A stretch of DNA of 51,131 nt, filler included, from Bipalium vagum (GCA_037834085.1; 3 parts of 3 records of this genome joined end to end with filler, not necessarily neighbours in it), one strand, 5' to 3'; counted from the first letter of the whole stretch, positions 12,097-25,633 are shown. Notes: a model not told the origin generated them from the sequence alone. Made by a program: numbers and translations.

Positions 12097-15000
12097 TAAT
12101 TTTCTTTTGTCTATATATATATATATTCTGACTTATTTTAGTTATAATAATGAAAATAAGGTTTGATTAACATGAAATAATAAAACAATCTCTATGTTCA
12201 TCAGATAAAGAACAAAAAGAGAAATAAAATTACTTTGATAAATTTAAATTTAAGCGATATGATAAGTCATGAATGAATTTCATATCTGTAAGAAATAGGA
12301 TCAGATGGCACCTGAACATTCTTGAGAAGCATTTGGATACTAAAATGAATTTTTTGTTGTACCTGTACAACAGTAAATAGTCAAAAATCAAACTACTGTC
12401 TACTACTACTCCAATTTTTACGCGTAAGATACTTAAGACTCCATCTGGTGTCGAATTTTATAGCATACATTTACTGGGTCAGAAAATTTGATAAATATTT
12501 ACCTGCTATTTTCATAAACATTTTTGTGATTTTAAAGACCAATGAACAATAAAATATAAATTTATTTAATTGAATATTTTTTAACCGAACTTTAATGAAA
12601 TTGTGAAAAATTTCAGATATATTAGTTTATTTAAGAATTGCGAAAATTTATTGGTATACAATTATTATTTGTCCACAAATGTATCTACAGCAGATACAAA
12701 AATTAATAATTTCTCTAAAATTGTAGAAAATCCATTTATGAACATAAAATTGTGTAAAACCAATTTAAAATTTACTTAATTATATACTCAAAATGTAACA
12801 ATAGAAAAATATATAAAAGAAATTGATATTACACAAATCCATAATACTGACAACCTGTCCACTTCACTTCAGGTCTTGCTGGTAATCAATCTCAGTGTTT
12901 CACAGTTGCTTGTCAGATACTTTATAGGCTCAGGACCCCACTACAATCCAATTGTCAGGGCAGTCGTGATAAACGAGTGTTCGGTAAAATAGAAACACCA
13001 ATATATTTTTTGCAAACCTACTAGATATCGTAACAATTTTCCACAAAATCTTATTTCCAAGAAATTCCCAAATTACTGTAACAATGTTTCAAAAACAATA
13101 GGAAGAAACTCTTAATGTAGGACTACATGAATATTTTCGGTTTTTCTTATATGTTTCATTCCTGGTGGCCGAAATAATCCAGTCACTCAATCAGAAATAA
13201 TGTCAAAATTAATTATTAATAAATTTACCTTTATGTAACCCCTAAAGATGATTTATTACCTTTTATCAACCAACGTCCCATTTGCTTAATAACCATTTAT
13301 TTTAAATTTTGGTGTAAATTATATAAAAATATTTTAAATGACGTGATAATAAATACACAATTTAGTTGCATATTAACGTAATAATTATTTATTGTCATTA
13401 CAATATAAATATTTCATGAAAAACCCTCTCATTATACTCGTGTTTCATTTCAAGTCCATTGAAACGTAAATAAATATTTTCAAATTCAGAATGAATCAAA
13501 CAATCTTTTTGATAGAATGAATACTGTGTTCGAAAATGAAAATAATGAGGAAAAAATAAAAATAATTACATATTTAATTAAACATCTGTTTACTTATCCA
13601 CTAACTCCAAACTGTTAAGGCAATTATTAAAAATAACATCTTTAAATCAGTTTTACATTTTCAACAAGCTTCCTGAGATATGGAAATACATACCAGTGTA
13701 GACATTTTTATTTTATATTAAAGTGTTTTCGAATCTATTTTCGAAAAATGGTAAATATATAACTTTAAAAATTCATAAAAATGAACCGTGATTAAAAAAT
13801 GTCATTTTTACTGCGCCTTTCATGATAATAATTTATTATTTTTTAATTGACTTTATTAACCAAAAAACAAATTAATTGATTTTTCGAGAGGTCAATAATA
13901 AATGATTAAACATAGTTTGTTGTCAACTGATAAAAGGTGTATTCGAAAAACCGTTTAATTTATTTTTCACAAGTTTAAATATTTTTTACATTCCAAGGAT
14001 ATTAATTAATTTGTGAAATTTTCAACATTTTGTAGTAATTTCTAAGTGATTTAATAAATTATTCTTGTTAATCGGCCAGATTAGTTATCTTTAACAAAAG
14101 TTTCATTGGAAATTATTTATCCAAAAATAAAACATTAAATCAATTTCGAACCCATTATTCAATTAACATAAAAATTTTAAATTCTAATTTAAAACTGGGT
14201 AAATATTGAAATTTTAATTAAGAAAAAATAAAAGATGAAAAGATAAAAAAACAGTATGAGTATACAAAATGTACATATAAACTGGAAATAAAGCAAAAAT
14301 GCTTACCTGATTAATTTGTTTGACCAAAAATATAATCAATGACAATATTCGACAGTGACGAGGGGCTTTATAATTGGTAAATAAGCGCATTGGAAGATCA
14401 CTGTTAACAAATACATACACCCACGCTGACACACACAGACACAATAAGAATTACAATCAAATTTACATGATGAAATTTAAATGATAAAATGAACAGTGGT
14501 TCAATTTACGTATCATGACACACGTTATGCACATCGACACATGCACACCCGCTGGCATAACCACAGAAACACATCCATATTCATTGTCGTAAAAAGATTC
14601 CAATGTTAGTTGATATTGCAAAACAAAACTCAATTTGCATAAATGTTTGCATGATTAAGCATCGCGGACGACTCTGATATATTTTAAGAGGATTATCCGA
14701 ATAATTTTGTTTTTCTTATTTTATCAGACATCATATAATTAGCACGATGGAAATAATCGTAATAATGGTTACAATATATTTACGTTTGTCTTTGCAATGA
14801 TGTCTGCAATAGTGGATTATGTCTCTTAGTATGCTTCAGTATGCTTTGCTTCTATTTTGAGTCTTGTACTAACATTTATTAATATTTTTTATAGAGTAAT
14901 GTCTGTGGAATTTATTCTGTTGATATTTTACAGTGCTCGTTTTATGTCTTAAATTATGCTTTCGACTTTGAGACCAAACTTTAATTATTGACGTTAGCAT

Positions 15001-15339
15001 TAATAAATTTTGCTTAAAGGTAACAATGAGCAGGTTTTTTGAACCTATGTAGAGTATAGAGAAAAGATTTATGAATAAAAAATTCACGAAGAATATTGTG
15101 TAACATGCATAAATTTTGACATCTGGAATCTAAGATCAACGTAAAACGAGACTGAAGCGTTTTCAACTGTAGGATGACTAGGATGATCGAGTTGAATTTA
15201 TCACAAGTTTTTCTTATATTTTAACTTTTAAACATTATTTTCAGTTTTTTGGTCAAAAATAATTGATTTGTATTTAGATAGGTATATTTATTCCAATTTT
15301 TTCTTTTTCATTAGTTTTTTCTTCATTAAATAAAGAAGA

Positions 15340-15679
15340 ACTCTTGGTGAATTCTTCTATTATTTGCAATTTTGAGAACTGGTAGTAAAAGAAGAATTAA
15401 TTTTTTTGTTTTAATCTCATGTTGCAAATCGGATGAATGCTTTAAGTTTTTGTTGAAAAAATTAAAATTGAATTCATATTTTTCTCGAGAGTCTTTACGA
15501 GGGATGTCTTTTAAGTTTTGCATATGGGTACATACAAGCCTATTGTTGGGTTTACCAAGACAGCCCCCCCCCCCCGGGGGAAAAATAAATAATAAAAAAA
15601 CTATAAATAATAAAAAAAACTATAAATAAGGTATAAATACTAATAATAATAATATTATTATTAATATAATTAATAATTA
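15340..15679 (+). mobile_element. 5'-truncated LINE-like (CR1/L2-type) 3' end with AT-rich tail
   Basis: RRINFF...KSDECFKFLLKKLKL resembles the R.NFF...S..FK..L end of CR1/L2 ORF2. It is followed by a Cn-Gn motif and a TAA-rich tail also found at 1-88. The clade assignment is weak. Confidence 0.5.
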
Positions 15680-15779
15680 NNNNNNNNNNNNNNNNNNNNN
15701 NNNNNNNNNNNNNNNNNNNNNNNTTAATTAATTAANNNNNNNNNNNNNNNNNNNNNNNNNNNNNNNNNNNNNNNNNNNN
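15680..15779. other. Artificial contig-joining linker
   Basis: 44 N + TTAATTAATTAA (stops in all six frames) + 44 N. Confidence 0.97.
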
Positions 15780-17349
15780 AAAAGAGACACTTTATTTAAA
15801 TTAATTAATTGACGGAAATTTGTTTAAGTATTTTTATTTTTATTGGATTAATAAAAATTTTTGAAACTATGAGTGACTTCATTGAAATAGCTGCTAACAA
15901 AAGGATATTCCCCATATATTTGGGAAAAAAAGACTGTCTGCAGCACTTTATGACGAAATATTGACCCAACAAACCTTTCCACTAATGCTGCTGTCTTCAC
16001 CTATTTTCAAAATTTTGCATAGTAAATTAGACAACGCTAAATATTTAAACAAAATATTTTAAAGCTTAGAGGCTGATATTGAATCACATTTTAAAATAGT
16101 ATTTATCGCACCTATGTATCAGCACGCATAAATTTAAATTGTGGTAGCTTTTGTCGGAATCTGTAAAATAGTGCACACAATGGAAATATCATTCATTTTT
16201 CTTAAAATAATATCAAAATTAGCTTAATTCATTTACCTATTACTTACATTGGTCTAAGGTTATAGGTTGTTCACCTTTAAGATTTTACTCATTTTTAGGA
16301 TATTATAAAAAAAATATAACACACTTGATTTAAAACATAATTTATTTATAATATTAAATATTTATTATTTATATATTTATTTTAAAATAAATATTATAAT
16401 ATTCATATAATTTTTAAGCAAATTTTCTTCCGAATATTATTTTAAAAATCAATTATTAAATCTAAAAATTTACACATTCTCTTTATTCTGAAATATAATT
16501 GCGTTATTGTAATTTTTCTCGACAACCCAAAATGCGTTAAAATATATCCATTCATTTGTAATATTAAAAACATTAAATTTCAACTGTTTGCTGAAAATGA
16601 AATAAATTAATTAAATATATTAAATGAATTGATTTATCCTCCTTAAATATTTTTTTTATTTTTGATTAGCTATTTCCTAAACGAATATATTTTAGAGGAG
16701 AATTAATGAAACGAAAAATAAAATATTTTCAGACTCACTTTCATTAAATAATAATTTTTATAAGACTGGTAGGATGGTGTGATTTTACCAATTTAAGAAT
16801 ATTCTTGAAATATATATTTATACGAATGCGAATAAAATTTTGATTAAAGCCAAAGATTCAAAAAATTCAGTTTGATCTAATTTTCATTGCAAAATATTAT
16901 TATTACTGCGAATATTTTATTAGTTTTTTTAGGAATCTTAATTGGTTACATTTTTGGTAATTTAAAGTATTACTTTTATACTGATAGGGTTAATAAATAC
17001 ACCCGAGGTACCCTATGATAATAAAAAGTCCATTAATTTTAACTATCAAATTTTAATCAGAAATGAAAAATTTCTTTTGAATATGTAAAGGAAAATACTT
17101 AGGACAATTCAAAGCTTATTTGAACATGGTTATTTGATAATGGTTTTTCGTAGGTATTACATAAAAACCCAAAAACTATAGCTGTCTTTGTGGGCCCAAG
17201 AATTCCACTGATTTCACAATTTCCAATTAAATAAATACGTAGTTACTGTAGTTAAGTAAAATTCCCATGGTTTAACTGGGCGTCTTATAATAGCATTCTG
17301 AAAATTTAAAAGAAATACATTTCTAACAATTTTTCATGTGCTTTTTCTA

Positions 17350-18113
17350 TTTGATCTATTGATTTGATCTTTTCTGTTATAGTTATTGTTTGTTTCGATT
17401 TGAAAAATGTATGGTGAATAATTCATTCACAAGTCCACCATTTACATAATCAAATGTTTTTCTGAAATAGTCCAGTCTTTGGTAGTTGTTGCAGGGAATC
17501 CATAGAATATAACCAATGATGTGTCCTCTTTGATTTAGAATATATTGCACACTTTGCACAGGATGTTTGTATTATAAGTCCTTGGAATCTATTCTCTGAC
17601 GTTAATTCATGTAGAAGCCATTTGTTTGTTTTCTATCTCTTTCCGATCTGATACATATGCATAATATCAAACCAAGGTTCTTTCATATATGACTTGAACC
17701 TGGATTTTTTTTATTAAATTAACATTTATCATGTTAACGAGTCTCCCAGACCTCGATGCATCTTCTTTATTTTCATTACCAGAACGAGACTTCTCAAACC
17801 AAAAACGAACAGTTTTCCTTTATTTCATTTTCTCGAAATGCCCAACATATGTTTTTCCTGGTTTCTGAATTATTGAACTAATGCTTAAATTCACAAAGTA
17901 AGCAGAAACGAATGATTGAATTTCTGTTCGCCATTTTGACTCCTAAAACACTTAAAATATGAATTAATGATATTTTAAATATCAAATTACATTTTACAAT
18001 TGATTGAAAGTAATCTAATAAAACAAATTGATTTTTTGAAAAATTAAATAATAAACGATTTCATAAAATATCAATTAAATAAATCATCAAGAACTTATTT
18101 GGACAACTAATAT
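17350..18113 (-). mobile_element. Degenerate mariner with 5' TIR remnant
   Basis: From the ATG at 17934: MANRNSIIRFCLLCEFK...TVRFWFEKSRSGNENKEDASRSGR, later WLLHELT (WVPHEL motif). TIR-like TATTAGTTGTCCAAATAAG at ~18095-18113. Confidence 0.8.
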
Positions 18114-19820
18114 GTAAAGTCGAAATTTATTGTAAAAAAAAGAATTTCTTTTGTTCATTTTTGCAATATTAATTAAAAATTATCTCAAAATGTAAGCAAT
18201 ATATATTTGAAATAATAAAAATTATTTAGAAAAAGAATAAATATAAAATAAATGAGAAGAGTTTCTACTGATAAATGATCAAGCTTTACTTCCATTCAGA
18301 CGTTTTTAAAAAATTAAATCTATAACTACAGCAATGATTTTAATACTATTCTTTTCGATTAATGTGAACTACGTCGACTGAAAGTATGATCGCGACAATA
18401 ATGTCTCATGACATCATAAGAGGAGGTGCTCTGAAAAATAAAATAAAAATAATTGTCGAAATAGAATTGCAATATTTGAGACTGGCAATTGAGAATCACA
18501 ATCTGAAAGTATGCAAAGCGCAAGAGAGGAAGCATAAAAAGTGGGTAAGATTACAACTCTCAAGCTACAAAACAGATCGAGATAAATTGAAATAATACGG
18601 AACAATATTATTAATGATTAATTAATTAATAATTTCTCCATAAAAAATTGCTAAATAAACAAATTAATAGAAATACTCTATTCTATCTCAAATTGATTTT
18701 TTGTTGCGCATCGATGAAACTTCGACTTAGTCCAAGACACTACAAAAATATTCAGAAATCTTCAGAATTTCCTCTATTCTTCTTTGGAAATTTCTCTAAG
18801 CAATAAACTCTTTTTATTCTTGTCTGTCAATGAATTGGATATCTTTAATTTAGCTTTATATCAATTATCATCATTTTTTTCTTATTTTCACTGTTATTAA
18901 TTCCATAATACTTGAAAAATAATATTTTCTCTTTTTATGTTTATTAAATAAAAAAATTATTATTAAAAAATACTATTGAAAATCAATCAAAATACAGGGG
19001 TGTTAAAAAGCTCTTTCAGATTTTTAATGAAAAATATAATATCATCAGAAATTTATATTTACAATTGAATGAAAAATATTACATTGGTACATACAAATCG
19101 CAGTTCCATTTTTTTTCAAAAATGTCACCTTTATTGATGCAGATTTAAACAAAATTTAAGAAAATCAACGCAAAAAACAATTTTCTGTTGATATTACATT
19201 CTGTTACATATTATATAAGATTCGAAAGGATTTATTTAACTTACATCAAAAATCTGTCAAAATAATTGGACTGACCATCTATGATTTTATTCTTTTATTA
19301 TTTTGATAAATAAGAATCGGTGGAAATATTAACAAAAACTGTATGATAATAAATGACGTGAATGACGTAAGAAATGAATTTTCAAACATTAACTATAATA
19401 ATCTTTATCAATTTCATTCCCTTAAACAACTAATGCCTCCCATAATACTTCGTAGACAAACTCCAATTTTAAACGACCCACACTTTGTTGCAGACTCAAT
19501 ATTTATCAAAAATCTTTAAAATAATTAACTGATTTCCTATAACAATCACTTATTATATACTTTTTTATCAAGGCTTCAGTCATTTTGATTTAACGACCGT
19601 TTCAGATGGTACTTGTTTCTTTTTCTTTGTCAACCCATTTTTGGTATTGGGACCTTTTTTGATATTAGTGGATTTTGTGAAATTAATTAAAAAAGTATCC
19701 TTTAATTATGAATCAGTTATCTGTAATAATTTCAACTCAGTTAATGTTTATTTCTAATTTTTACATATTTTTTTAATAATATTATATATTAATTAAAACA
19801 ATCAACATTTACTTTTTAAG

Positions 19821-20007
19821 GCCGAGAAAGGATGGAATAGTGTATTAGACCTTTTGGTCAATAAGAAGGTGGACATGGCAGTCAGTGCATTCAAAATAAC
19901 CCCTAACCGGTCTGAGAAAGTTGACTTTACCGTTCCATTTCAAGAAACTGGAATTGCCATTTTAGTTGCTCTCCACGAAGGTTCCATTTCTCCAACAGCC
20001 TTTTTAA
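19821..20007 (+). CDS. GRIN2: NMDA receptor GluN2-type subunit, exon encoding end of S1 / pre-M1
   Basis: tttaag|AEKGWNSVLDLLVNKKVDMAVSAFKITPNRSEKVDFTVPFQETGIAILVALHEGSISPTAFL|gtaaat (phase 1). Confidence 0.93.
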
Positions 20008-20789
20008 GTAAATGTTTTTCAATTATTATTTTCAGGACTTAATCAAGAATTATTTGCGTATTTGGAAAAAAGAAAAAAAAAGAAAAACTGAACGTGTTTT
20101 GTTACAGTTTCATAAAATTTCTTATTTCTTTTACCCCTGCAAAATGATTGTGTAAATCTCTTTTTTATCATAATTGTATACATTCTACCAATAATTAAAC
20201 ACTAAAATAACAAATAATTAATTAAGATATTTTTCAAGGATTTTTTATTCATTATTAATATTTGTGTTGTTTTCTTAATTAACTAAAATTTCTGAATGTT
20301 TGATCATGTACATTGAGGTATATTCTTTAAAAAAATTATATATATCTAGAAGTCAACAAAGCGAGATAAAAAGAAAAGATTTAATAAAAATCTGCACAAA
20401 AATTGATTTTGCGATGGCCATATTAGTTCAGCTTTCGATACCTATGGAACGTTGATTAATAAGATAAAATCCTTTGTATGGTAGTACAAGATTAAAAAAT
20501 TTGTGTAAGGCGTACTTCGCAAGTTGTCAAAATGTATTTCATCAATCACTGATCTTAAGAAAAAAAATAAATATAGAGGTAAATATTAAAATATGCCTGC
20601 ATATTTCAAGTCTTTATTATTTATTAAGATATTTTATATGAAAGTGTGTTAACAAACACAATAAACTTTCATCAAATTATTGTTATTTACTGTCATTGTC
20701 GGTATTATTCAAAATCATTAAAGTCAAATTTAACGTTATATTTATTTCATCAAAAATTGTTTAATTTTTGTAAAAGTACTAAACATATA

Positions 20790-21933
20790 CAGGATGTCCC
20801 AAAAGTCATTAGGAATTTGAATATCATATAAATAATTCTATTACATTTTCATAAATTTTTTTTAATTGATTTTTTAATCGATCCTTAAAATTTTTTATAG
20901 TCATAAAAATTCAGGTTAAATGATTTTTTAAAATATTTTATTTATTTTCGTAGCCATGTTAATAAAAAACCAAATTTTAAATAGTGATATTAATGACATA
21001 ATTACAATCAAAATTCAAGATGATCGGATATCTGAAAAACACAATGTATCCGAAATGCCTTTAAATCTCGAAACTAACGTGAATGTGTACAACAAATTTT
21101 TGAAACACTAACTGTTTACGATTTTTCAATGAGTGATCTACCAAGCCTTGAGATGAGCAAGGAAATTGTCAGTGATCATGAAATACATTCTTGTCGTGAG
21201 ATTTTAAATAACCTGGATATATCAAAGAGAACAGTTCATAGATCGCTAAGGACAGAGCTTAATTAAAAATCTCATTATGTCCGATGAGTGTACCTTTTAT
21301 GTGAATGGTTCGGTCAATCGACTTAATAATCGCATATGGGGACTGAGAAACCTGATGTGATTCTCAACAAATATCAAAGTTTTGGCGATGTCACAAGATA
21401 GTATAATTGTTCTGTACTTCTTTCGGGAAAATGTCATTGGCAACAATAACAAAATGATACTGCAAAATCATTTGGTGCTACTTTTGAAGACCCATCACAA
21501 AGTATATTTTTCTTATTTTCAACAAGATAGTGAAGTACGACACTTCGCTCATTGTGTGCGAGATTTCATATTTCAAAACTACCGAAACATGGATTATCCC
21601 TGGCAGCACACAATCATGGCCAGCAAGATCTCTCCATTTAATTCCACTTTATTTTTTTCTATGAAGGTATTTAAAGAATAATGTTTATATACATCCGCCA
21701 AAGAATCTACAGGAATCGGAAACAATAATTATACAGAAATTTTCGAAAAATACCCATTATTGTGTCAAAATCCTATGACTACTTCTATTGATGGCCTTGT
21801 CACGTGATGGCAAACAAATTGAGTAAAATAAAACTACCATTGGTTAACCAGTTCCTCACCAAAAATATACCAAGATATTTTTTTCTAAATTATGAAATTT
21901 TTATCATGTATTGCTAATGATTTTGTGACACTG
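20790..21933 (+). mobile_element. Intronic rosa/DD41D-type Tc1-mariner element, both TIRs present, decayed
   Basis: TA|CAGGATGTCCCAAAAGTCATTAG ... CTAATGATTTTGTGACACTG|TA. Motifs MSDECTFYVNGSVNRLNNRIWG and FQQD...WPARSLHLIPLYFFL*RYLKNNVY; spacing is 41 after repairing one frameshift. Confidence 0.85.
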
Positions 21934-23342
21934 TACATATGCATGTTTAACATTTAAACAAATTAATAATTATTATTATAATGATAATAATAATAGTTCA
22001 ATTATAAAATTAATTTAATTCTTTATTTATTTAACATTTGAAAAGTCGACTAAAAAAGAGAACTTTAAAATTTTAATTTATTTTTCTCCAATTTAGGGTT
22101 ATAATTAATAAACTTTTCTAATTCCAAAACTTAGTTTTAATAATATTCTTAAAATTATGTTCTTTAGCAATTCCATATATCGCCGACAAATTGCACGATG
22201 TCCTTGTTCGTTAAATGTTAAGCTTTATACTCTTAATTAACGGTTATTAACAATATAAAATGTCTGGTCTGTTAACTGTGAAAACAGCTGTTCTTAGTTA
22301 GCCTACTTGATAAGAATTTAATTTCTTTTATCAAAAACCCTCAAAACATAATTATCTGACTGATTTATCGAAAACCATCAATAATCTTTTATTAAAATCG
22401 CAAGAATTCTTGTCTTAAAATATAAATACAAAATAAAACTTGGCTCGCCTAAAATGTAAATAAAAATTATTATTTATTATTTAATTATGGATTAAACATG
22501 AATTATTTATGCGAAAGATTTTATTAATAATATGTTATATTAACTCTTTTAAAAAAATAATAAAAACCTTTTTATATTAATATTTTTTATTTTATACATA
22601 AAATAAAATAAAATCCCTAATAGAAAATGAACACAATCCTTGTTTTACTTAAAAATAATTTCCAAAAGACGTTTTTATTTTAATAAAATTAAAAAATTTC
22701 TTATATATGTCATAATTGGTTGTAAATCTTCTAATATAAATAAATATATAAAATCAAATATAAGCTTATATAAAATAAATTATTATTATTATAGATATAT
22801 ATAGTTATAGTTATTCTTGTGTTGTCATTTTTAATACTTAAACAAACTTTTCAAACATGAACCTCACCTTTTTTTAAAATTAAATTATTTACTTTATAAA
22901 AATTTACCAACATTTATTGAAATATTTTAAAAACTGTAACTTAATAATTTTTAAAAATTAATTTAATAATTGTTAATTTAGGCTTGAGGTTCTTATTTAG
23001 AAAAAATTCAAGCAAGCTAATTGTTCGAACCACTCCTTATAATTATAATAACAATAATAATAATTATTATTATTAAATATGATAAATGTAAATGTCTTTT
23101 GGCTACCTGATAGAATATCTTAAAAATTTAATTCTCTTTAGAAACTCAACAGGTTAATTAACACGACTTTCATATAATATTAAAATCCTTTTATTAATCA
23201 TGCTTAATAAGATATGTTTAACAATAATAAAGAAAGAATTTCCTTTTTGTCTGTCTCGATTTATCATTATCAATTTACGAAATTAAAATTTGAATCTTGC
23301 ATAAAAGCAGTGCAACATGAAAAATTATTCTTATTTTTTAAG

Positions 23343-23468
23343 AACCTTATGACTGGGAATCTTGGATGGTTATTCTCATTTTTAGCGTCCACTGTTGTGG
23401 AACAGCAATGTTCATTTATGAATGGCTCAGCCCTAGAGGTCTCGACAGGGGAAATGTTCCACCGAGAG
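23343..23468 (+). CDS. GRIN2: NMDA receptor GluN2-type subunit, M1 exon
   Basis: ttaag|(K)PYDWESWMVILIFSVHCCGTAMFIYEWLSPRGLDRGNVPPR|gtaagg. Phase 1-1; this frame is absent from the ORF track. Confidence 0.92.
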
Positions 23469-23699
23469 GTAAGGGTTACAAATTTATATCCACTAAAATT
23501 AAAAAGTTCAGACAATAAAAAGTGATAGTTTGGTAATTATTAAATTTTCAAGGTCACGCAGTTTTTTTATCACTAGGTAAGATACTTTTAATAATACAAA
23601 ACCAATTTTAAATCTGATCTCACAAGGATTTAAAATTTGATAATTTTCTTAAGTTAAAGTCAAAATGAAGATCACATATCTCCAATTTTAAATATTCTA

Positions 23700-24670
23700 C
23701 AAAGCACGTTTTCAGAGCCTTTGAGAAACATAATTTAACGGAATACCTTTAAGAACATTATAAAGGACTTTGTACAAATTAAAATAGGATGCAGTCTTGA
23801 TAGAAGGAGAGAACGTGGAAGGCTCCGGAAATTAAGAAAAATAGATTGACCAAGACTCAGCCATCTTTCCATATCCTTTGATCTATCAAAAGAAAAGACA
23901 AATCATGAATTCATTAGCTTCCATCAAAATATGATATTAAATTAACTGTATCAATCTATTTTTTCAAAATTTGCTCCTAAGAAAATGTTAAATTTAATCT
24001 TGCAGTATAAAACCAATAGTCAAGTGGTGGGAGAAAAACAAGACAACAAGATGGTGAGACTCGATTTTAATAGATAAATGTCGATTTGAGCTGTAAGACA
24101 TGAAAGGAAGACGCTGGGCCTGTAGTAGACCTCAGGTTCCTGGTCCAAAATTTAAATCGTCAATAATTATATGGAGTGACAGCATGTGAATTCTAATTTT
24201 TCTAAAAGGCACAGTAAATAGCAAAATATATCAAATATTGACGAAAACTGAAGACTCACAATTTACTCTTCAACTGAAATCATTCATCTTTCATCATGAT
24301 TGTGCAACATCACATACCTCAAAATTCACCTATGATTGGTTACAGGAGAAGAAATGGACAGTATTTTCATGTCCAGAAAATTCCTCTACAGTTAATCCTA
24401 TTGAAAATCTTTCGGGACTAATGAAAAATAGAAAACCAAAACATGTGGATAATTTACAAATAATTATTCAAAAAAATTGGGATGACATCTCAATTACAAT
24501 TGTCAAGTCTTCAATTCAAAGTATTCCAACACGTTTTGAAAGCTGTATTGATAAAAATTGGAAACAAATTAAACAAATAATTAAAACATGAAATATTTAG
24601 AAAACTGTTTTTTCTTATTAATTAAAGTCTAACCATTTCACAAAACTTCCAAATTTTCTTGTGACAAATA
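23700..24670 (+). mobile_element. Intronic degenerate Tc1-like DD34E transposase
   Basis: ORF 24238-24591: FHHDCATSHTSK...NPIENL...KNWDDI...SIPTRFESCI, with 34 residues between D and E. Boundaries approximate. Confidence 0.85.
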
Positions 24671-24745
24671 TGATTTACTGATAGATAATCAATTTTAATG
24701 TTTATATAACAAAGACGTATATAACATAACGTTTTTATCATATAG

Positions 24746-24966
24746 AACACAGGTTTTCTCTTTTTCGTGCTCTCTGGCTGATTTGGGCCATGCTATTTGG
24801 AGCAGCTGTGAATGTGGATTCTCCAAGAGGCACAGCTAGCAGATTTCTTGGTTGTATTTGGGCTTTATTTGGCCTAGTTTTCCTTGCTAGTTATACTGCC
24901 AATCTTGCTGCATTTATGATAGCCAAAGAGGACCATCATGATTTGAAGGGTCTTAATGATTGGAGG
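24746..24966 (+). CDS. GRIN2: NMDA receptor GluN2-type subunit, M2 pore loop and M3 exon
   Basis: tatag|(E)[73 protein letters not shown]|gttatt; contains the SYTANLAAF gate motif. Confidence 0.96.
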
Positions 24967-25075
24967 GTTATTTTATACTTATTCACAAAGCATTTTCATT
25001 AATTTGAATTTTATTTTTTTTTTATAAAATATAATCTAAGACTATTTTTCCAATATAAAATCTGTTATCTTCCAG

Positions 25076-25236
25076 TTTCAAAGACCCTGGAATTATAAAC
25101 CAGAATTTCGATTTGCTACGGTTTTGAACAGCGCATCGGAGGAGAATATCGCATTAAATTATCCCGAAATAGCCCACTATATGAAAAGATATAATAAAAG
25201 TACCGTCGAAGAGGGAATCAGGGCATTAAAACAGAA
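25076..25236 (+). CDS. GRIN2: NMDA receptor GluN2-type subunit, first S2 exon
   Basis: tccag|FQRPWNYKPEFRFATVLNSASEENIALNYPEIAHYMKRYNKSTVEEGIRALKQ|gtttgg (phase 0-2). Confidence 0.92.
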
Positions 25237-25285
25237 GTTTGGCGATATTTTGCAAAAAGTAGGAAATGTTGATAATTCTTATTAG

Positions 25286-25467
25286 GGAAATAGACGCGTT
25301 TATATATGACTCTAACGTTCTCGAATTTCGAGCTGCAAAAGACGAAGGTTGTAAACTTCGAACTGTGGGCAACCTGTATGCTGTCACAGGATACGGAATT
25401 GCATTTCCCAAAGGTTCAAAGTGGTACAATAAAGTCAATGATCTCATAATGCAATATCAAAAATACG
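25286..25467 (+). CDS. GRIN2: NMDA receptor GluN2-type subunit, second S2 exon
   Basis: attag|(K)EIDAFIYDSNVLEFRAAKDEGCKLRTVGNLYAVTGYGIAFPKGSKWYNKVNDLIMQYQKY|gtaaat, after a 49-bp intron. Confidence 0.95.
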
Positions 25468-25633
25468 GTAAATTAAATCTGCATTAAATTTTTTCCAGTG
25501 TCCATTGAAACAAATTTTCACACAACTTGTTATTAATTTTGCTCCAATTTTTTTCAACCTATTAATTATATTTGGCAAAAAAATAATTAAAATATTTTTT
25601 TTTCGGAATATTTACGAATGTTTCAATTTTCAG

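Noticed and set aside
14340-15200. GC-richer stretch with CA-rich patches and ORFs 14214 and 14869
   Set aside because: Could be regulatory or UTR sequence, but I found no motif, splice pattern or repeat to support a call.
15680-15779. Palindromic TTAATTAATTAA motif inside N runs (also 34598-34697)
   Set aside because: Identical 44+12+44 layout twice: a synthetic six-frame-stop linker. It also voids any synteny argument between GRIN2 and USP40.
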